A stretch of 42,687 nucleotides of DNA, taken from NCBI GenBank assembly GCA_019058365.1, contig JAHPZE010000033.1, forward strand, positions 1-42,687, given 5' to 3'. Positions 28,912 through 39,027 of this stretch are shown piece by piece (position 1 is the stretch's first letter; each line of letters starts with the position of its first letter). The notes under the pieces were generated by a model. The model was not told where the DNA came from. It saw nothing but the letters and a program-made list of their open reading frames with translations, and did no database searches. This stretch comes from Promethearchaeota archaeon. Its GTDB lineage: Archaea > Asgardarchaeota > Lokiarchaeia > Sigyniarchaeales > SOKP01. The position numbers and the translations under genes were made by a program.

Positions 28912-30084
28912 ATGCCAAAAAATAATGTAGCTATTGTAGGAATAGGGCAAACTAAATTTAGAAGTAAAAGAAGAGATGTGAATATTCCTGAAATGATCTA
29001 TGAGGCTGTTAAAATGGCACTTGATGATGCTCAAATGGAGCCTAAAGATATTGATGCAATTCTCATAGGTAATATGGACCATTTTGAGGGTATTAATTTC
29101 TCTGAGATGTGGTGTGGGATTGACGCAGCACCAGGATATTTAAAGCCTGTGGTAAAAATTGCTACAGGAGGAACTACGGGGTCATCTTTAGGTATTTGTG
29201 GATATTATAATATAGCTTCTGGAATTTATAAAAAGATATTAGTTGTGGGATGGGAGAAACTTAATGAGGGAGGGGCTACTACAGGAATAATAACTGCTTT
29301 TGATCCAGTATGGGAACGTCCTTCATTAGCAGGAGCATTAGGTCCACTTGCTTTAATGGCAAATATTTATGCTGCAAAATATGGAATTACATCTGAACAA
29401 GCAGCAAAGGTAACAGTTAAAAATCGAAGTAATGCTGCCAATAATCCGTTCGCACATTTACAAATGCCTAACATTACTTTAGATTATGTAATGAATTCGC
29501 AGATGATATCATATCCCTTGAGATTACATGATTGTTGCCCGCAAAGTGAAGGAGCTTGTGCTGTTATTTATGCAAACGAAGAGGAAACTAAAAAAATAAC
29601 AGATAATCCAGCGTGGTTTAAAGGAGTCTCAACAGCTCACTATTACACTTTTGGTACAGATGATATCATGTATAACCTTCCAACAGCAACCATAGCATCA
29701 AAAAAATTATATAAAAAAGTAGGAATTAAAGATCCCATTAAAGATCTTGACGTAGCAGAAATATATGAACCAACTTCATGGTCAGAACTGAGTTGGACTG
29801 AAGCATTAGGTTTTGCAGAACTGGGTGGTGGTGGAAGATTGTTGGATGAGGGTATTACCCACATGAGTGGCGAGTTACCAGTGAATCCTTCTGGAGGCGT
29901 ATTAAGTACTAATCCGATTGGTGCAACAGCATTAGTTCGGTTTGCCGAGGCTGCAATACAAGTTATGGGTCGAGGTGGAAAGCGACAAGTATCAGATGTA
30001 GAAACTGCATTAGGTATGGGTTTTGGTGGTAGTCTATGGACTGAACTTGCAATATTAGGAATGGATCCAAATCCATTGAGGTGA
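28912..30084 (+). CDS. Ltp3-like thiolase-fold retro-aldolase subunit
   Basis: G.GQTK...KR.DV, D.FEG....E, TGGTTGSS, WEK, NP.AHLQ.P.ITL..VM.SQM, CP.SEGACAV, AEIY.P.SW.E..W.E.LGFA and LPVNPSGGVLS.NPIGA..L.RFAEAAIQVMG follow Ltp3 (Rv3523) as I recall it. Confidence 0.85.
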   Translation: MPKNNVAIVGIGQTKFRSKRRDVNIPEMIYEAVKMALDDAQMEPKDIDAILIGNMDHFEGINFSEMWCGIDAAPGYLKPVVKIATGGTTGSSLGICGYYNIASGIYKKILVVGWEKLNEGGATTGIITAFDPVWERPSLAGALGPLALMANIYAAKYGITSEQAAKVTVKNRSNAANNPFAHLQMPNITLDYVMNSQMISYPLRLHDCCPQSEGACAVIYANEEETKKITDNPAWFKGVSTAHYYTFGTDDIMYNLPTATIASKKLYKKVGIKDPIKDLDVAEIYEPTSWSELSWTEALGFAELGGGGRLLDEGITHMSGELPVNPSGGVLSTNPIGATALVRFAEAAIQVMGRGGKRQVSDVETALGMGFGGSLWTELAILGMDPNPLR

Positions 30085-30089
30085 TAAAG

Positions 30090-30566
30090 ATGGGAAAAAA
30101 AGAAAAAGAATTTCAGATTAAATGGAAAACAGATTTGCCCTATAATTATTCTATAGGGAAGTTGGCAGTTAAATATTTTGAGGAACTTAAGGAGAATAAG
30201 AGGATTATGGGAAGTAAATGCCCTAAATGTGGTAAAGTGCATATGCCACCGAGAACTGTTTGTGCAGATTGTTTAGTAGAGATGAAGCTTGAGGATATGG
30301 TTGAACTTTCTCCAAGAGGTACTCTTGAAGGGTTCACAGTAGTCAATTATCCTTTTATTGATCCAACTACAGGAGGAATGCGTCCATTCCCTTATGGTTA
30401 TGGAATATTCAAGTTAGATGGTGCTGATACTTATATGATGCACTTTGTAAATGAAACTGATCATACTAAATTCAAAATAGGACAACGTGTAGAAGCTGTG
30501 TTTAAAGAGAAAAGAGAAGGAAATATTGGAGATATTCCTTATTTTAGAATTATAAGAGAGGGATAG
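30090..30566 (+). CDS. DUF35 Zn-ribbon/OB-fold protein (Rv3521 first-half-like)
   Basis: IMGSKCPKCGKVHMPPRTVCADC, IFKLDGADTYMMH and GQRVEAVF....G.I.DI.YF. ATG 30090 follows GAGGTGA. Confidence 0.9.
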   Translation: MGKKEKEFQIKWKTDLPYNYSIGKLAVKYFEELKENKRIMGSKCPKCGKVHMPPRTVCADCLVEMKLEDMVELSPRGTLEGFTVVNYPFIDPTTGGMRPFPYGYGIFKLDGADTYMMHFVNETDHTKFKIGQRVEAVFKEKREGNIGDIPYFRIIREG

Positions 30567-30577
30567 GAGGGATAAAA

Positions 30578-31027
30578 ATGAGTGAAGATAAAGAGAAGAA
30601 AATATTTAGAGGGAGAATTAAAGTCCCATATAAACATACTGCTGGAGCATATGTTGAAAGATTTATTACTGAAATAGGAAAAAATCATAAGATTATGGGT
30701 GTTAAATGTCCAAAATGTGGTAAGATATTTGTACCTCCCAAAATGGTATGTTTTGAATGCTTTGAGAAAATGGAAGAATGGGTAGAACTTGGAAACCAAG
30801 GAACTATTAAAGGTTTCACTGTTGTTTCACATTCAACGCCGGTTTTGCCTTTAAAGCCTCCTTTTACTTATGCTATAATTACTCTCGATGGTGCGAGTAC
30901 TGATTTTGTACATATTATAAATGAGAGTGACCCAAAAAAGTTAAAAGCCGGGATGCGCGTCGAAGCTGTGTTTAAAGAGAAACCAAGAAAAAGGATATTA
31001 GATATTGAATACTTTAAACTGATTTAA
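30578..31027 (+). CDS. DUF35 Zn-ribbon/OB-fold protein (Rv3521 second-half-like)
   Basis: YKHTAG, GVKCPKCGKIFVPPKMVCFEC, VEL...GT...F.VV, LKPP...A...LDGA...FVH and GMRVEAVFK......I.DIEYF. GGAGG SD. Confidence 0.9.
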   Translation: MSEDKEKKIFRGRIKVPYKHTAGAYVERFITEIGKNHKIMGVKCPKCGKIFVPPKMVCFECFEKMEEWVELGNQGTIKGFTVVSHSTPVLPLKPPFTYAIITLDGASTDFVHIINESDPKKLKAGMRVEAVFKEKPRKRILDIEYFKLI

Positions 31028-31064
31028 ATATTAATATTAAAGAATTTTTACTTCTTCTTTTTTT

Positions 31065-33077
31065 TTAAATGTTATTGGCTATTTTGTATGCTCTATGAAC
31101 AGCGTCTAGGACAGTTTGGGGTTTTCTTACATCTCCGATTTTCTCTAATTCAATATTATTAAGCTGTTTTATCTCTTTATAAAGAATATTGTTAGGTTCT
31201 ACTCCAGTTGCATAATAGATTATATCGACATCATTTATTAATTGTTCTTTATCAGCAATATCAAGATAACTCACATAATTTTCTCCAATCTCTTTTACTT
31301 TTACACCAGTATGAAATTTGATTCCTAAAGCATCACATTTATCGAGAAGGACCCATTTGGTTGTTTTTCCTAGAGCTGAACCTAACTTTGGTAGTTGTTC
31401 TAATACGGTTACTTTATTTCTTCCCCTATGCAGCATGTTTAATGCTATTTCAGGCTCGAGAGCTTTGTAGAATGTAAGAAAATCAAATGCTTCAAGACTT
31501 AAAGAACCATATTTAGCTAAATAAATGGCAAGTTCTATTCCAGTTGCACCTCCACCAATTATAACATTATTTTTACCAATTGGAGCATCCATACTAAAAA
31601 CATCATTAGCCCAATATACATTTTCTCTGCTTATTCCAGGAATAGATGGTTTTATTGGTTTTGACCCTGTTGTTAGAAGAACTACATCTGGATTGAATTC
31701 CTTAACTGTATCAATTGTAACTTCATGTTCGAGATGTAAATAAATTCCATATTTTTGAATCCAATATGAATAATTATCAATCATTCTTTTAAACTCATTT
31801 CTTCCGGGAGGAATCCAAATAATGTTTAATAAGCCTCCAATTTTATCATCTTTTTCAAAAATGTGAACATCATGACCTCTCATTCCAGCAACTCTGGCAG
31901 CTTCTAGTCCTCCGGGACCCGCACCAATGATCATTACTTTTTTCTTTTCTTTTAAAGGTTTTAATTCTGTCTTGGCTTCTCTACCTGCTCGTGCGTTCCT
32001 TAAACAAGAAATAGGCACTAATTTAAATATCGCGTCAAAACATCCTTGATTACAGCCTACACAAGACATTATATCTCGAAGTTCATTATTTATTGCTTTC
32101 TTTGGTAAATATGGATCTGCTATTAATGATCTACCCATGCAGATAGCATCTGCTTTTCCTGCCATCAAAATTTGTTCAGCTAATTCAGGATTATTGATTC
32201 TGTTGGAAGCAAAGATCGGAATAGATACTTGATTCTTAACATTTTCAGCTAAGTATGAATAACACCCTTCTGGAACATCCATAGTTGTTTGAGGTGTTTT
32301 GGTTTCATGCCAACCTCCTGTTACATTAAAGTAATCCAAATACTTACCTAATTTTTTAGCTATAATAGCTTTTTCTTTATAAGTATTACTTCCTGGAACA
32401 AAATCATCACCAGAAATACGATATCCAATTACAAAATCATCCACACTGGATCTCATTAATTCAATTGTTTCAATGGGGAATCTTAAACGATTTTCGAGAT
32501 TACCACCATATTCATCAGTTCGTATATTTGTTTTTGGAGATGTAAATTGAGTAAATAGATAACCAGCATTAGCGCATATTTCTACGGCATCAAATCCTGC
32601 TTTTTTTGCTCGAACTGTAGCATCAGCAAAAGCTTGTTGCTCTCTTTTAATATCTTCAAGAGTCATCTCTCTCGGAGTTGTTTTACTGAAGTTACTATAT
32701 ACAGCAGATGGAGCAATTGGGGCTTTACCAATTATTTGGGGATATGTATAAGCTCCACTATGGTATAATTGGCAAACCACTTTTACATCTTCTCTAGCTT
32801 TATGTATAGCTTCGGCAAATTCTGTTAACTTTGGAAGATATTCATCACTTTCAACTGAAATCATCATAGGGACCCCTTTTCCATAAAGATCTACATAACA
32901 TCCTCCAACAATTAACATTCCAACTCCACCTTTTGCTCTTTCAGCATAAAAATCAATTAATTCTTTGGTGATAAAACCATTACTTGCAAGGTTAAGATTC
33001 AAAGCAGGCATTATGATACGGTTGGAGATCATCATATTCCTAATTTTAAGGGGTGAAAATAATTTAAAGAACTTCAA
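31065..33077 (-). CDS. fadH: FadH-like 2,4-dienoyl-CoA reductase (OYE family, FMN/FAD/4Fe-4S)
   Basis: OYE barrel (FYAERAKGGVG, AGFDAVEI....GYL..QF.SP.TN.RTDEYGG..ENR.RF), GGWHE, NRIN.P, 4Fe-4S motif CVGCNQGC....C..N and two Rossmann GxGxxG motifs. TTG start. Confidence 0.85.
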   Translation of the reverse strand: MKFFKLFSPLKIRNMMISNRIIMPALNLNLASNGFITKELIDFYAERAKGGVGMLIVGGCYVDLYGKGVPMMISVESDEYLPKLTEFAEAIHKAREDVKVVCQLYHSGAYTYPQIIGKAPIAPSAVYSNFSKTTPREMTLEDIKREQQAFADATVRAKKAGFDAVEICANAGYLFTQFTSPKTNIRTDEYGGNLENRLRFPIETIELMRSSVDDFVIGYRISGDDFVPGSNTYKEKAIIAKKLGKYLDYFNVTGGWHETKTPQTTMDVPEGCYSYLAENVKNQVSIPIFASNRINNPELAEQILMAGKADAICMGRSLIADPYLPKKAINNELRDIMSCVGCNQGCFDAIFKLVPISCLRNARAGREAKTELKPLKEKKKVMIIGAGPGGLEAARVAGMRGHDVHIFEKDDKIGGLLNIIWIPPGRNEFKRMIDNYSYWIQKYGIYLHLEHEVTIDTVKEFNPDVVLLTTGSKPIKPSIPGISRENVYWANDVFSMDAPIGKNNVIIGGGATGIELAIYLAKYGSLSLEAFDFLTFYKALEPEIALNMLHRGRNKVTVLEQLPKLGSALGKTTKWVLLDKCDALGIKFHTGVKVKEIGENYVSYLDIADKEQLINDVDIIYYATGVEPNNILYKEIKQLNNIELEKIGDVRKPQTVLDAVHRAYKIANNI

Positions 33078-33305
33078 TTTTAATTCTCAACATAAATATA
33101 ATTTTTAATTATGAATAACGTGGTAATTTATTAAAATTTAATTAGAATAAAAAAAAGCAAGCTATTTATTATATGTTTTAGTAAAGATAGCAGTAGTTAA
33201 AGTTATTTAATGAAAGCATTTGGCTTTTTTCATTTAAAAAGGGAAATAAATAGTTTTTTTATCCAAATAAAATTATATTACTCAAAAACTAAATTTTAGA
33301 AGAGA

Positions 33306-34136
33306 ATGAAAATGAGTGAAAACGCTGTTTTAATAGATGAAAACGAAGATAAAACAATTACGACTATAAAAATGAATCGTTTAGAAAAGAAAAATGCTAT
33401 GAATTATGATTTAATGGTCGGACTTCAAAAGGCAATTGATAAAGTGGAACGAACGAATACAAGAGTCGTCATCATTACTGGAGGAGATGATTTCTTTAGT
33501 TCAGGTATAGATTTAAACTTTTTAACTGGTCAAGAAAAAGATCCTGAGGGTGTTATTCCTGATTTACGAATTCCGAGGAATTTTAGATATTTTGCTAATA
33601 CATGGATCCATCCAATTTTTACAAAAATAGAGAAAATGGAAAAACCCGTTATCGCTAAAATAAATGGCTATTGTTATGGTATGGCATTTGAGCTAGCATT
33701 AGCATGTGATTTTCGATTTTGTACAGAATCAGCTGAATTCCATATGTTAGAATCTAGGATAGGTATGAACCCAGACGTGGGAGGTACAATCAGGTTAACA
33801 AGACTTGTGGGTATCCAAAATACTAAAGATATCATTTTAACTGGACGTCAATTTGATGGAAATGAAGCTTATAGACTTGGAGTTGTAAATCGGGTTGTTA
33901 AAAATCATGAAGAATTAAATTCAATTATTAAAATGTATACTAATGAACTAATGGCTAGTGGACCTTTAGCAATTGGACTTGCAAAAAAGTTGATAGATGA
34001 TTGTTATGGGAAGGATACTGCTTTTGGTTTAGAGCTTGAAACATTAGTAAGTTCTCAATTACTTCAAACTAAAGATGCTGTAAACGCTGCTTTAGCTCGC
34101 TTAACAAAGACTAAGCCTAAATGGCGATGGAAATAA
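33306..34136 (+). CDS. Enoyl-CoA hydratase/isomerase (crotonase) with both catalytic Glu
   Basis: FSSGIDL, KPVIAKINGYCYGMAFELALACDFR and MLESRIGMNPDVGG. Confidence 0.92.
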   Translation: MKMSENAVLIDENEDKTITTIKMNRLEKKNAMNYDLMVGLQKAIDKVERTNTRVVIITGGDDFFSSGIDLNFLTGQEKDPEGVIPDLRIPRNFRYFANTWIHPIFTKIEKMEKPVIAKINGYCYGMAFELALACDFRFCTESAEFHMLESRIGMNPDVGGTIRLTRLVGIQNTKDIILTGRQFDGNEAYRLGVVNRVVKNHEELNSIIKMYTNELMASGPLAIGLAKKLIDDCYGKDTAFGLELETLVSSQLLQTKDAVNAALARLTKTKPKWRWK

Positions 34137-34149
34137 TTATTATTTCATT

Positions 34150-35997
34150 TTAAAGTTCTTTTAAAGCCAGTTTTTTCAATTTTTCTTGATTTGGCTTTCC
34201 AGTTTCGAGATCCCATTCTCTATAATTATAATACTCTTTTTTTAATTGCTCAAAGTTAGGTGATTTACCAGCGCATTCCATTGCTTTTAGTGGTTCAAGC
34301 AGGATTTTTGGTAATCGATCATCTTTGGGAGAAATCCCCATTTTTAGATTAAATAGTCTTTTTATCATGAAAATTCTTTCACCATAATCTTTAAGTTTTT
34401 CAATATCACAATTTAGCCCTATAGCTGTTTGTACTAATCTAGCAATTATTGATGGTAGTGGATTCGCGAAAACACACATAATTAATGAACTATAAAGAGA
34501 ACGATAATCTTGAGCTCTAGAACTCATTATAGCCATTTCTGAATCATCCTTAAATTTATCAATAGTTTCTATTCCAAATTCTTCAAGAGGAGTTCCTAAT
34601 AAAATAGTACACATATCACAAGAATTATGGCAAGGACCTCTAGGAGGAGCTATTGCATATGCTATTACCATACCGAAATTAGATCTTAGATCATGATATG
34701 GTACTTCCATTCCATATACTGTTGCTATTTCATCTTGATTTATATTAAATTCTTTCCCTATTGCATCAGATCCCTCAGCTAATAAATCCCCTATACCTTC
34801 TCTTAGTGATATTTTTTCAATCATCTCTAAAGCAGGATTAATATCCCCCCATTTAGGATTCAATCCATTTATTTGTTCAGAACTGATTTTGCCCGAACCA
34901 TATAAATAATATATAAATGCTATTATACTACTACAACTAATTGTATCAATCCCATAATCGTTACATAATACATTTGCTTTTACAATTGATTCTATATTAT
35001 CATTTAAAATCATAGAGCCAAAACCAGCGAGAGTTTCATATTCTGGAGCCTCAACCTCTCCATCAGTTTTATAGATTCCTGTTTTTACAAGAGCTTTTTT
35101 AGCACATCCAATAGGACACGAAAAGCAGGGATATTTCCGTTTAATAGTTTTTTCTAGAGCCGTCATTCCAGAAATATTGTAAGCACCTTCCCATTCTTCA
35201 CCAAGGGTCCAATATTTCTTAGGTATTTCTCCAGTTGAATTCCATAAGTCTATACCGGCAGATGTACCAATATCACCATACATTTTGGATGTAAATGCTT
35301 GATTCACATCATTTAATGCTTTCTGGACTGATACTTTGAACTTTTCTGAGTCTGCAACTTCATATTGTTTTTTTTTACCTCGAACAGTTATAGCTTTTAA
35401 CCTTTTTGAACCCATGACTGCCCCCATTCCCGTTCTTCCCGCGGCTTTCTCTTCCGAGGCAATTATAGCATACTTAACTAAATTTTCGCCCGCCTGTCCG
35501 ATGCATGCAATCCTAGTTAAAGGTGAATCTGATTTTTCTTTTAATATTTTTGAAGTTTCTAATATCCCCTTTCCCCATAGAAATACTGCATCCTTAATCT
35601 TAGTACCATCTTCCGTAATTTTAAGATAAACAGGATTTCTTGAAGCACCTTTAATAATAATACCATCATAGCCTGCTTTCTTAAGCTCTGGACCAAAGTA
35701 TCCTCCACAATTAGATTCTCCCCAAATTCCTGTATAAGGAGATTTTGCACATACAACAAATCTTCCACTTGTTGGAATAGTTGAGCCGCAGAATGGGCCC
35801 GTCATAAACATTAAAATATTTCCTGGAGATAAAGGATCTGTATCTTTTTCGAGATAATCATAAAGATATCTACAACAATATCCAGCACCTCCAAGAAAAT
35901 CTTTTGCGATCTCTTCATTAAGCGATTCTTCAGAAATTTCTTGGTTAGATAAATTAACTATTAATAATTTGCCTGCAAACCCTTTCAGAGCCCCCAT
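34150..35997 (-). CDS. aor: Tungsten-dependent aldehyde:ferredoxin oxidoreductase family protein
   Basis: FLGG.G, DPLSP.N.L, KSPYTG, ELKKAGYDGIII.G, IGQAGEN, AAGRTGMGAVMGSKRLKAI, CFSCPIGC, EYET and YY..REWD...G.P. Confidence 0.93.
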   Translation of the reverse strand: MGALKGFAGKLLIVNLSNQEISEESLNEEIAKDFLGGAGYCCRYLYDYLEKDTDPLSPGNILMFMTGPFCGSTIPTSGRFVVCAKSPYTGIWGESNCGGYFGPELKKAGYDGIIIKGASRNPVYLKITEDGTKIKDAVFLWGKGILETSKILKEKSDSPLTRIACIGQAGENLVKYAIIASEEKAAGRTGMGAVMGSKRLKAITVRGKKKQYEVADSEKFKVSVQKALNDVNQAFTSKMYGDIGTSAGIDLWNSTGEIPKKYWTLGEEWEGAYNISGMTALEKTIKRKYPCFSCPIGCAKKALVKTGIYKTDGEVEAPEYETLAGFGSMILNDNIESIVKANVLCNDYGIDTISCSSIIAFIYYLYGSGKISSEQINGLNPKWGDINPALEMIEKISLREGIGDLLAEGSDAIGKEFNINQDEIATVYGMEVPYHDLRSNFGMVIAYAIAPPRGPCHNSCDMCTILLGTPLEEFGIETIDKFKDDSEMAIMSSRAQDYRSLYSSLIMCVFANPLPSIIARLVQTAIGLNCDIEKLKDYGERIFMIKRLFNLKMGISPKDDRLPKILLEPLKAMECAGKSPNFEQLKKEYYNYREWDLETGKPNQEKLKKLALKEL

Positions 35998-36032
35998 AAT
36001 ATAATTCCCCTTCTTAAATTATAGTAATGGTT

Positions 36033-37232
36033 TTAAAAATCAATATCTTTTCCTTCGTAAGCATAATAATATATTTTCCTGTAATATTCATCTGTAATTG
36101 ATCTTGGGGTCATTACACTTGTAGCGTCTTGAAAACAACAAGCAACTAACATATCAATATTATTCTCAAAATCTGTTCTTGAAACTCCTAAATCTTGTAA
36201 TTTAGCGGGAAAATCAACCGTCTTTTGTAGTTCTTTGATTTTATCGACAGCTTTAAATGCTGCTTTTTTGTTATCTTCATCCCATTTAGTCCATCCCAGC
36301 TGTTTAGCAATTTTAGAATATATTTCTAAGGTCTCATCATCTTTATCAGGATTATTCAGACAAAATTGTGAGATATATGGAAGTAAAATTCCAACTGTTT
36401 TTCCATGATGTGTATGAAAGACAGCACCCCAACTATGACCCATACCATGACCAATATGAACTTGAGAGTTGCTGAAAGCTAAACCAGCCATAGTAGCTGC
36501 TTGATGTAGGTAATCTCTTGCTTCCAGATTTTTCCCATCTTTGTAGACAATTGGCAAATATTTAAAAATAAGCTCTATAGCTTTTAAACCCATTGCATTT
36601 GAAAATTCATTCTTCCAATTAGACACCATACCTTCAATAGCATGAGATAAGGCATCAAAAGCCGTATCGACTGTTAAATTTGGAGGCATACCCTTAGGAA
36701 AGATAGGATCCACTATAGCATACGTAGGAGTGATTCCCCTGTGAGCATAAATAAACTTTTTCCATATATCATCCTCAAGTCGAGAAATAATTGTTCCATT
36801 TGTTGCCTCTGAACCTGTTCCCGAAGTAGTTGGAATTGCAATAAATTTAGCTTTTTTACCAGTCTCATACAAATCAGATCTAAAAAGATGAATATCATCA
36901 ATGTTCAATTCTGGAAATTCATATAAAACCCATGTTGTTTTCCCAGTATCTATAACAGATCCTCCACCTAAAGCTATAATTAAGTCGGGAGAATAAAAAT
37001 TACACTGTTCTCTCGCCTTTAAAACGCCTTGTTCCCTTGGATCAGGAATAACTTCATTAAATACTTGGAATTTTTTACCAAATTTTTCTAATTTTTCTGT
37101 CAATATTTTAAGATAACCTAATTTTTCAATATTTTTATCAGTAACAATAAAACATTTATTACCCTTAATATTTTGAATAAAATCAAGGCTATCTTCTCCA
37201 TAAATTATATTTGGACTGTAGAAATACCACAT
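36033..37232 (-). CDS. Iron-containing alcohol dehydrogenase
   Basis: GGGSVID, IPTTSGTGSE, DALSHAIE, AGLAFSNS, HGMGH and HHG metal ligands. Confidence 0.93.
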   Translation of the reverse strand: MWYFYSPNIIYGEDSLDFIQNIKGNKCFIVTDKNIEKLGYLKILTEKLEKFGKKFQVFNEVIPDPREQGVLKAREQCNFYSPDLIIALGGGSVIDTGKTTWVLYEFPELNIDDIHLFRSDLYETGKKAKFIAIPTTSGTGSEATNGTIISRLEDDIWKKFIYAHRGITPTYAIVDPIFPKGMPPNLTVDTAFDALSHAIEGMVSNWKNEFSNAMGLKAIELIFKYLPIVYKDGKNLEARDYLHQAATMAGLAFSNSQVHIGHGMGHSWGAVFHTHHGKTVGILLPYISQFCLNNPDKDDETLEIYSKIAKQLGWTKWDEDNKKAAFKAVDKIKELQKTVDFPAKLQDLGVSRTDFENNIDMLVACCFQDATSVMTPRSITDEYYRKIYYYAYEGKDIDF

Positions 37233-37341
37233 ATTTTTCCCCTATAAAATTAGTATTAATGTTTTGAATATACTCCTTAAATAAAAACTATTTTTCTTTG
37301 AAAAATCCATTCTGATAAAAAAAAATAAAGTTAGAATATTT

Positions 37342-37743
37342 TTATAAAAATTCAAATTCGAAGCGACCAAGACTGTTCACAATCTCTAACGCAGCTTTAG
37401 TATGACGCATTAATTTAGCCATGTCGCCTTCAAGTCTTAATTTACCAGCCATTATAGCTCTTATTGGATCAATTTCTTTTTTCGTAACAGCTACAAAATT
37501 ATCATAAGGTCCAGCCATGGTATATTCTGTTTCTATTTCTTCACTTTCTGGTACAAGTCTAGTTCCTGTACATTCTCCGTGATATAATCCGATAAATACT
37601 CTAACTACGTGATCTAAATTACCACTAGGTTCGATAACAAGAAGCATATTCCCTTCCCAAGTAAGAGCTGATGGTTTGTAATCTGGATTTTCATTTATAG
37701 CCTTACCGAATGCTTCAACCCATTCTTCTGATAATATTTTCAT
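37342..37743 (-). CDS. SCP2 sterol/lipid-carrier domain protein
   Basis: SEEW.......IN....Y......W.G and IDPIRAIMAGKLRLEGDMAKLMR are the SCP2 signature. ATG 37743. Confidence 0.88.
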   Translation of the reverse strand: MKILSEEWVEAFGKAINENPDYKPSALTWEGNMLLVIEPSGNLDHVVRVFIGLYHGECTGTRLVPESEEIETEYTMAGPYDNFVAVTKKEIDPIRAIMAGKLRLEGDMAKLMRHTKAALEIVNSLGRFEFEFL

Positions 37744-37824
37744 TCTTATCACTTTTATATTTCTTCATAATTTTTTAATATATTAATTGGTAAAATTGAA
37801 TTTAAGATTTCAATTTTTTTAAAT

Positions 37825-39024
37825 TTAGATTAAAGTTAAATCAATATGTATATCAGTTAAAGGATATGAAACACATGGATGAATATAACCATAATCTTGA
37901 TCAATTTCTCTTATTGTCACTTCTGGGAGCGTGAATATTTTACCTGATACAAGTTTAGTTCTACACAAAGCACATGCCCCTGAACGGCATCCATTATTAA
38001 TACTTATGCCTAACTCTTTTTCTCTTTCAAGTGTATTTAATAAAGGCTCAACACATGGAGCTTCAATTACTTTCTTAATACATTTTCCTTGTTGTATGAG
38101 TTCAATAGTAATCTTTATAGCATTTGAAGATGTAATATCTTTTGGCCATCCTGTTATTCCTGTTACATCATCAGGAACACCATAAGATTCATATATAATA
38201 CGATGTGGGGGGACCCCTAATTCTTTCATTTGTTCTTTTATGAATGAATACATTGCGCGATTTCCAACTATATAAAAGAATTTGTTTTCAACCAATTTTA
38301 TCTGATCTAAAATCTTATCTTTTGTAATAAATCCACAGGCACCATCCCAATTTGGTCCCGGTTCTGACAGAATATATTGAACTCTGATGTTAGAGCGTCT
38401 TGTCACTAAATCTTCAAGTTCATCTTTAAATAAAATATGATCCTCAGATAAACATCCAAATAACAGCCAAATATTCAATCCTAAGTTCCGTTGAGAGATA
38501 TCTCTTAATAATGAAATGAATGGTGTAATTCCAGAACCACCAGCAATAAAAACTAAATCTTTTCCATGAAAAACACGATTATAATACAATTCCCCTAAAG
38601 GTTCTGTCGCTTCTAATATATCTCCAACTTTTAAGGTATCAAGTAAATAGATACTAACAAAACCTCCCTCTTTTCTTTTTACTCCTAATTCATAATAAGC
38701 AAGTTGATTTGGAGACGAAACAAGTGAAAAAGGTCTAGATGTTCTTACACCATTAATTTCCACATTGAGACCAATATATTGACCTGCTCTGAATGGTGCT
38801 AATGGTTTGTCATACCTTGCTGAAACGAAACGGAATAGCTTAGTATCTTTAGAAAGTTCTTGTATGTCTGTGATTTGCAATAATTGCTTTTCTGGATGAA
38901 TACGTTCACAAAGATTTTCCAATCCATCAAAGTAATATGGAATTGGCTCAACTTCATCTCGCCACTTTTTTAATTTTTCAAGTTTCTGATATTTTTTTAC
39001 ATCATTCATTATCTCTTTTTCCAT
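37825..39024 (-). CDS. FNR-type FAD/NAD(P)H oxidoreductase with C-terminal 2Fe-2S domain (PaaE/KshB/Hcr architecture)
   Basis: FRAGQY, RPFSLVSSP, GFVS.YL, IAGGSGITPF.S and CRSGACALC...L.SG...PCVSYP. Confidence 0.9.
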   Translation of the reverse strand: MEKEIMNDVKKYQKLEKLKKWRDEVEPIPYYFDGLENLCERIHPEKQLLQITDIQELSKDTKLFRFVSARYDKPLAPFRAGQYIGLNVEINGVRTSRPFSLVSSPNQLAYYELGVKRKEGGFVSIYLLDTLKVGDILEATEPLGELYYNRVFHGKDLVFIAGGSGITPFISLLRDISQRNLGLNIWLLFGCLSEDHILFKDELEDLVTRRSNIRVQYILSEPGPNWDGACGFITKDKILDQIKLVENKFFYIVGNRAMYSFIKEQMKELGVPPHRIIYESYGVPDDVTGITGWPKDITSSNAIKITIELIQQGKCIKKVIEAPCVEPLLNTLEREKELGISINNGCRSGACALCRTKLVSGKIFTLPEVTIREIDQDYGYIHPCVSYPLTDIHIDLTLI

Positions 39025-39027
39025 TTC

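Noticed and set aside
28558-29760. Identical peptide IKDPIKDLDVAE in both thiolase-fold paralogues, suggesting gene conversion
   Set aside because: Third codon positions differ and the segment adjoins a conserved family motif, so protein-level constraint explains it.
29643-30242. 199-aa minus-strand ORF
   Set aside because: Antisense shadow of the well-supported ltp3-like and DUF35 genes, with no recognisable motifs.
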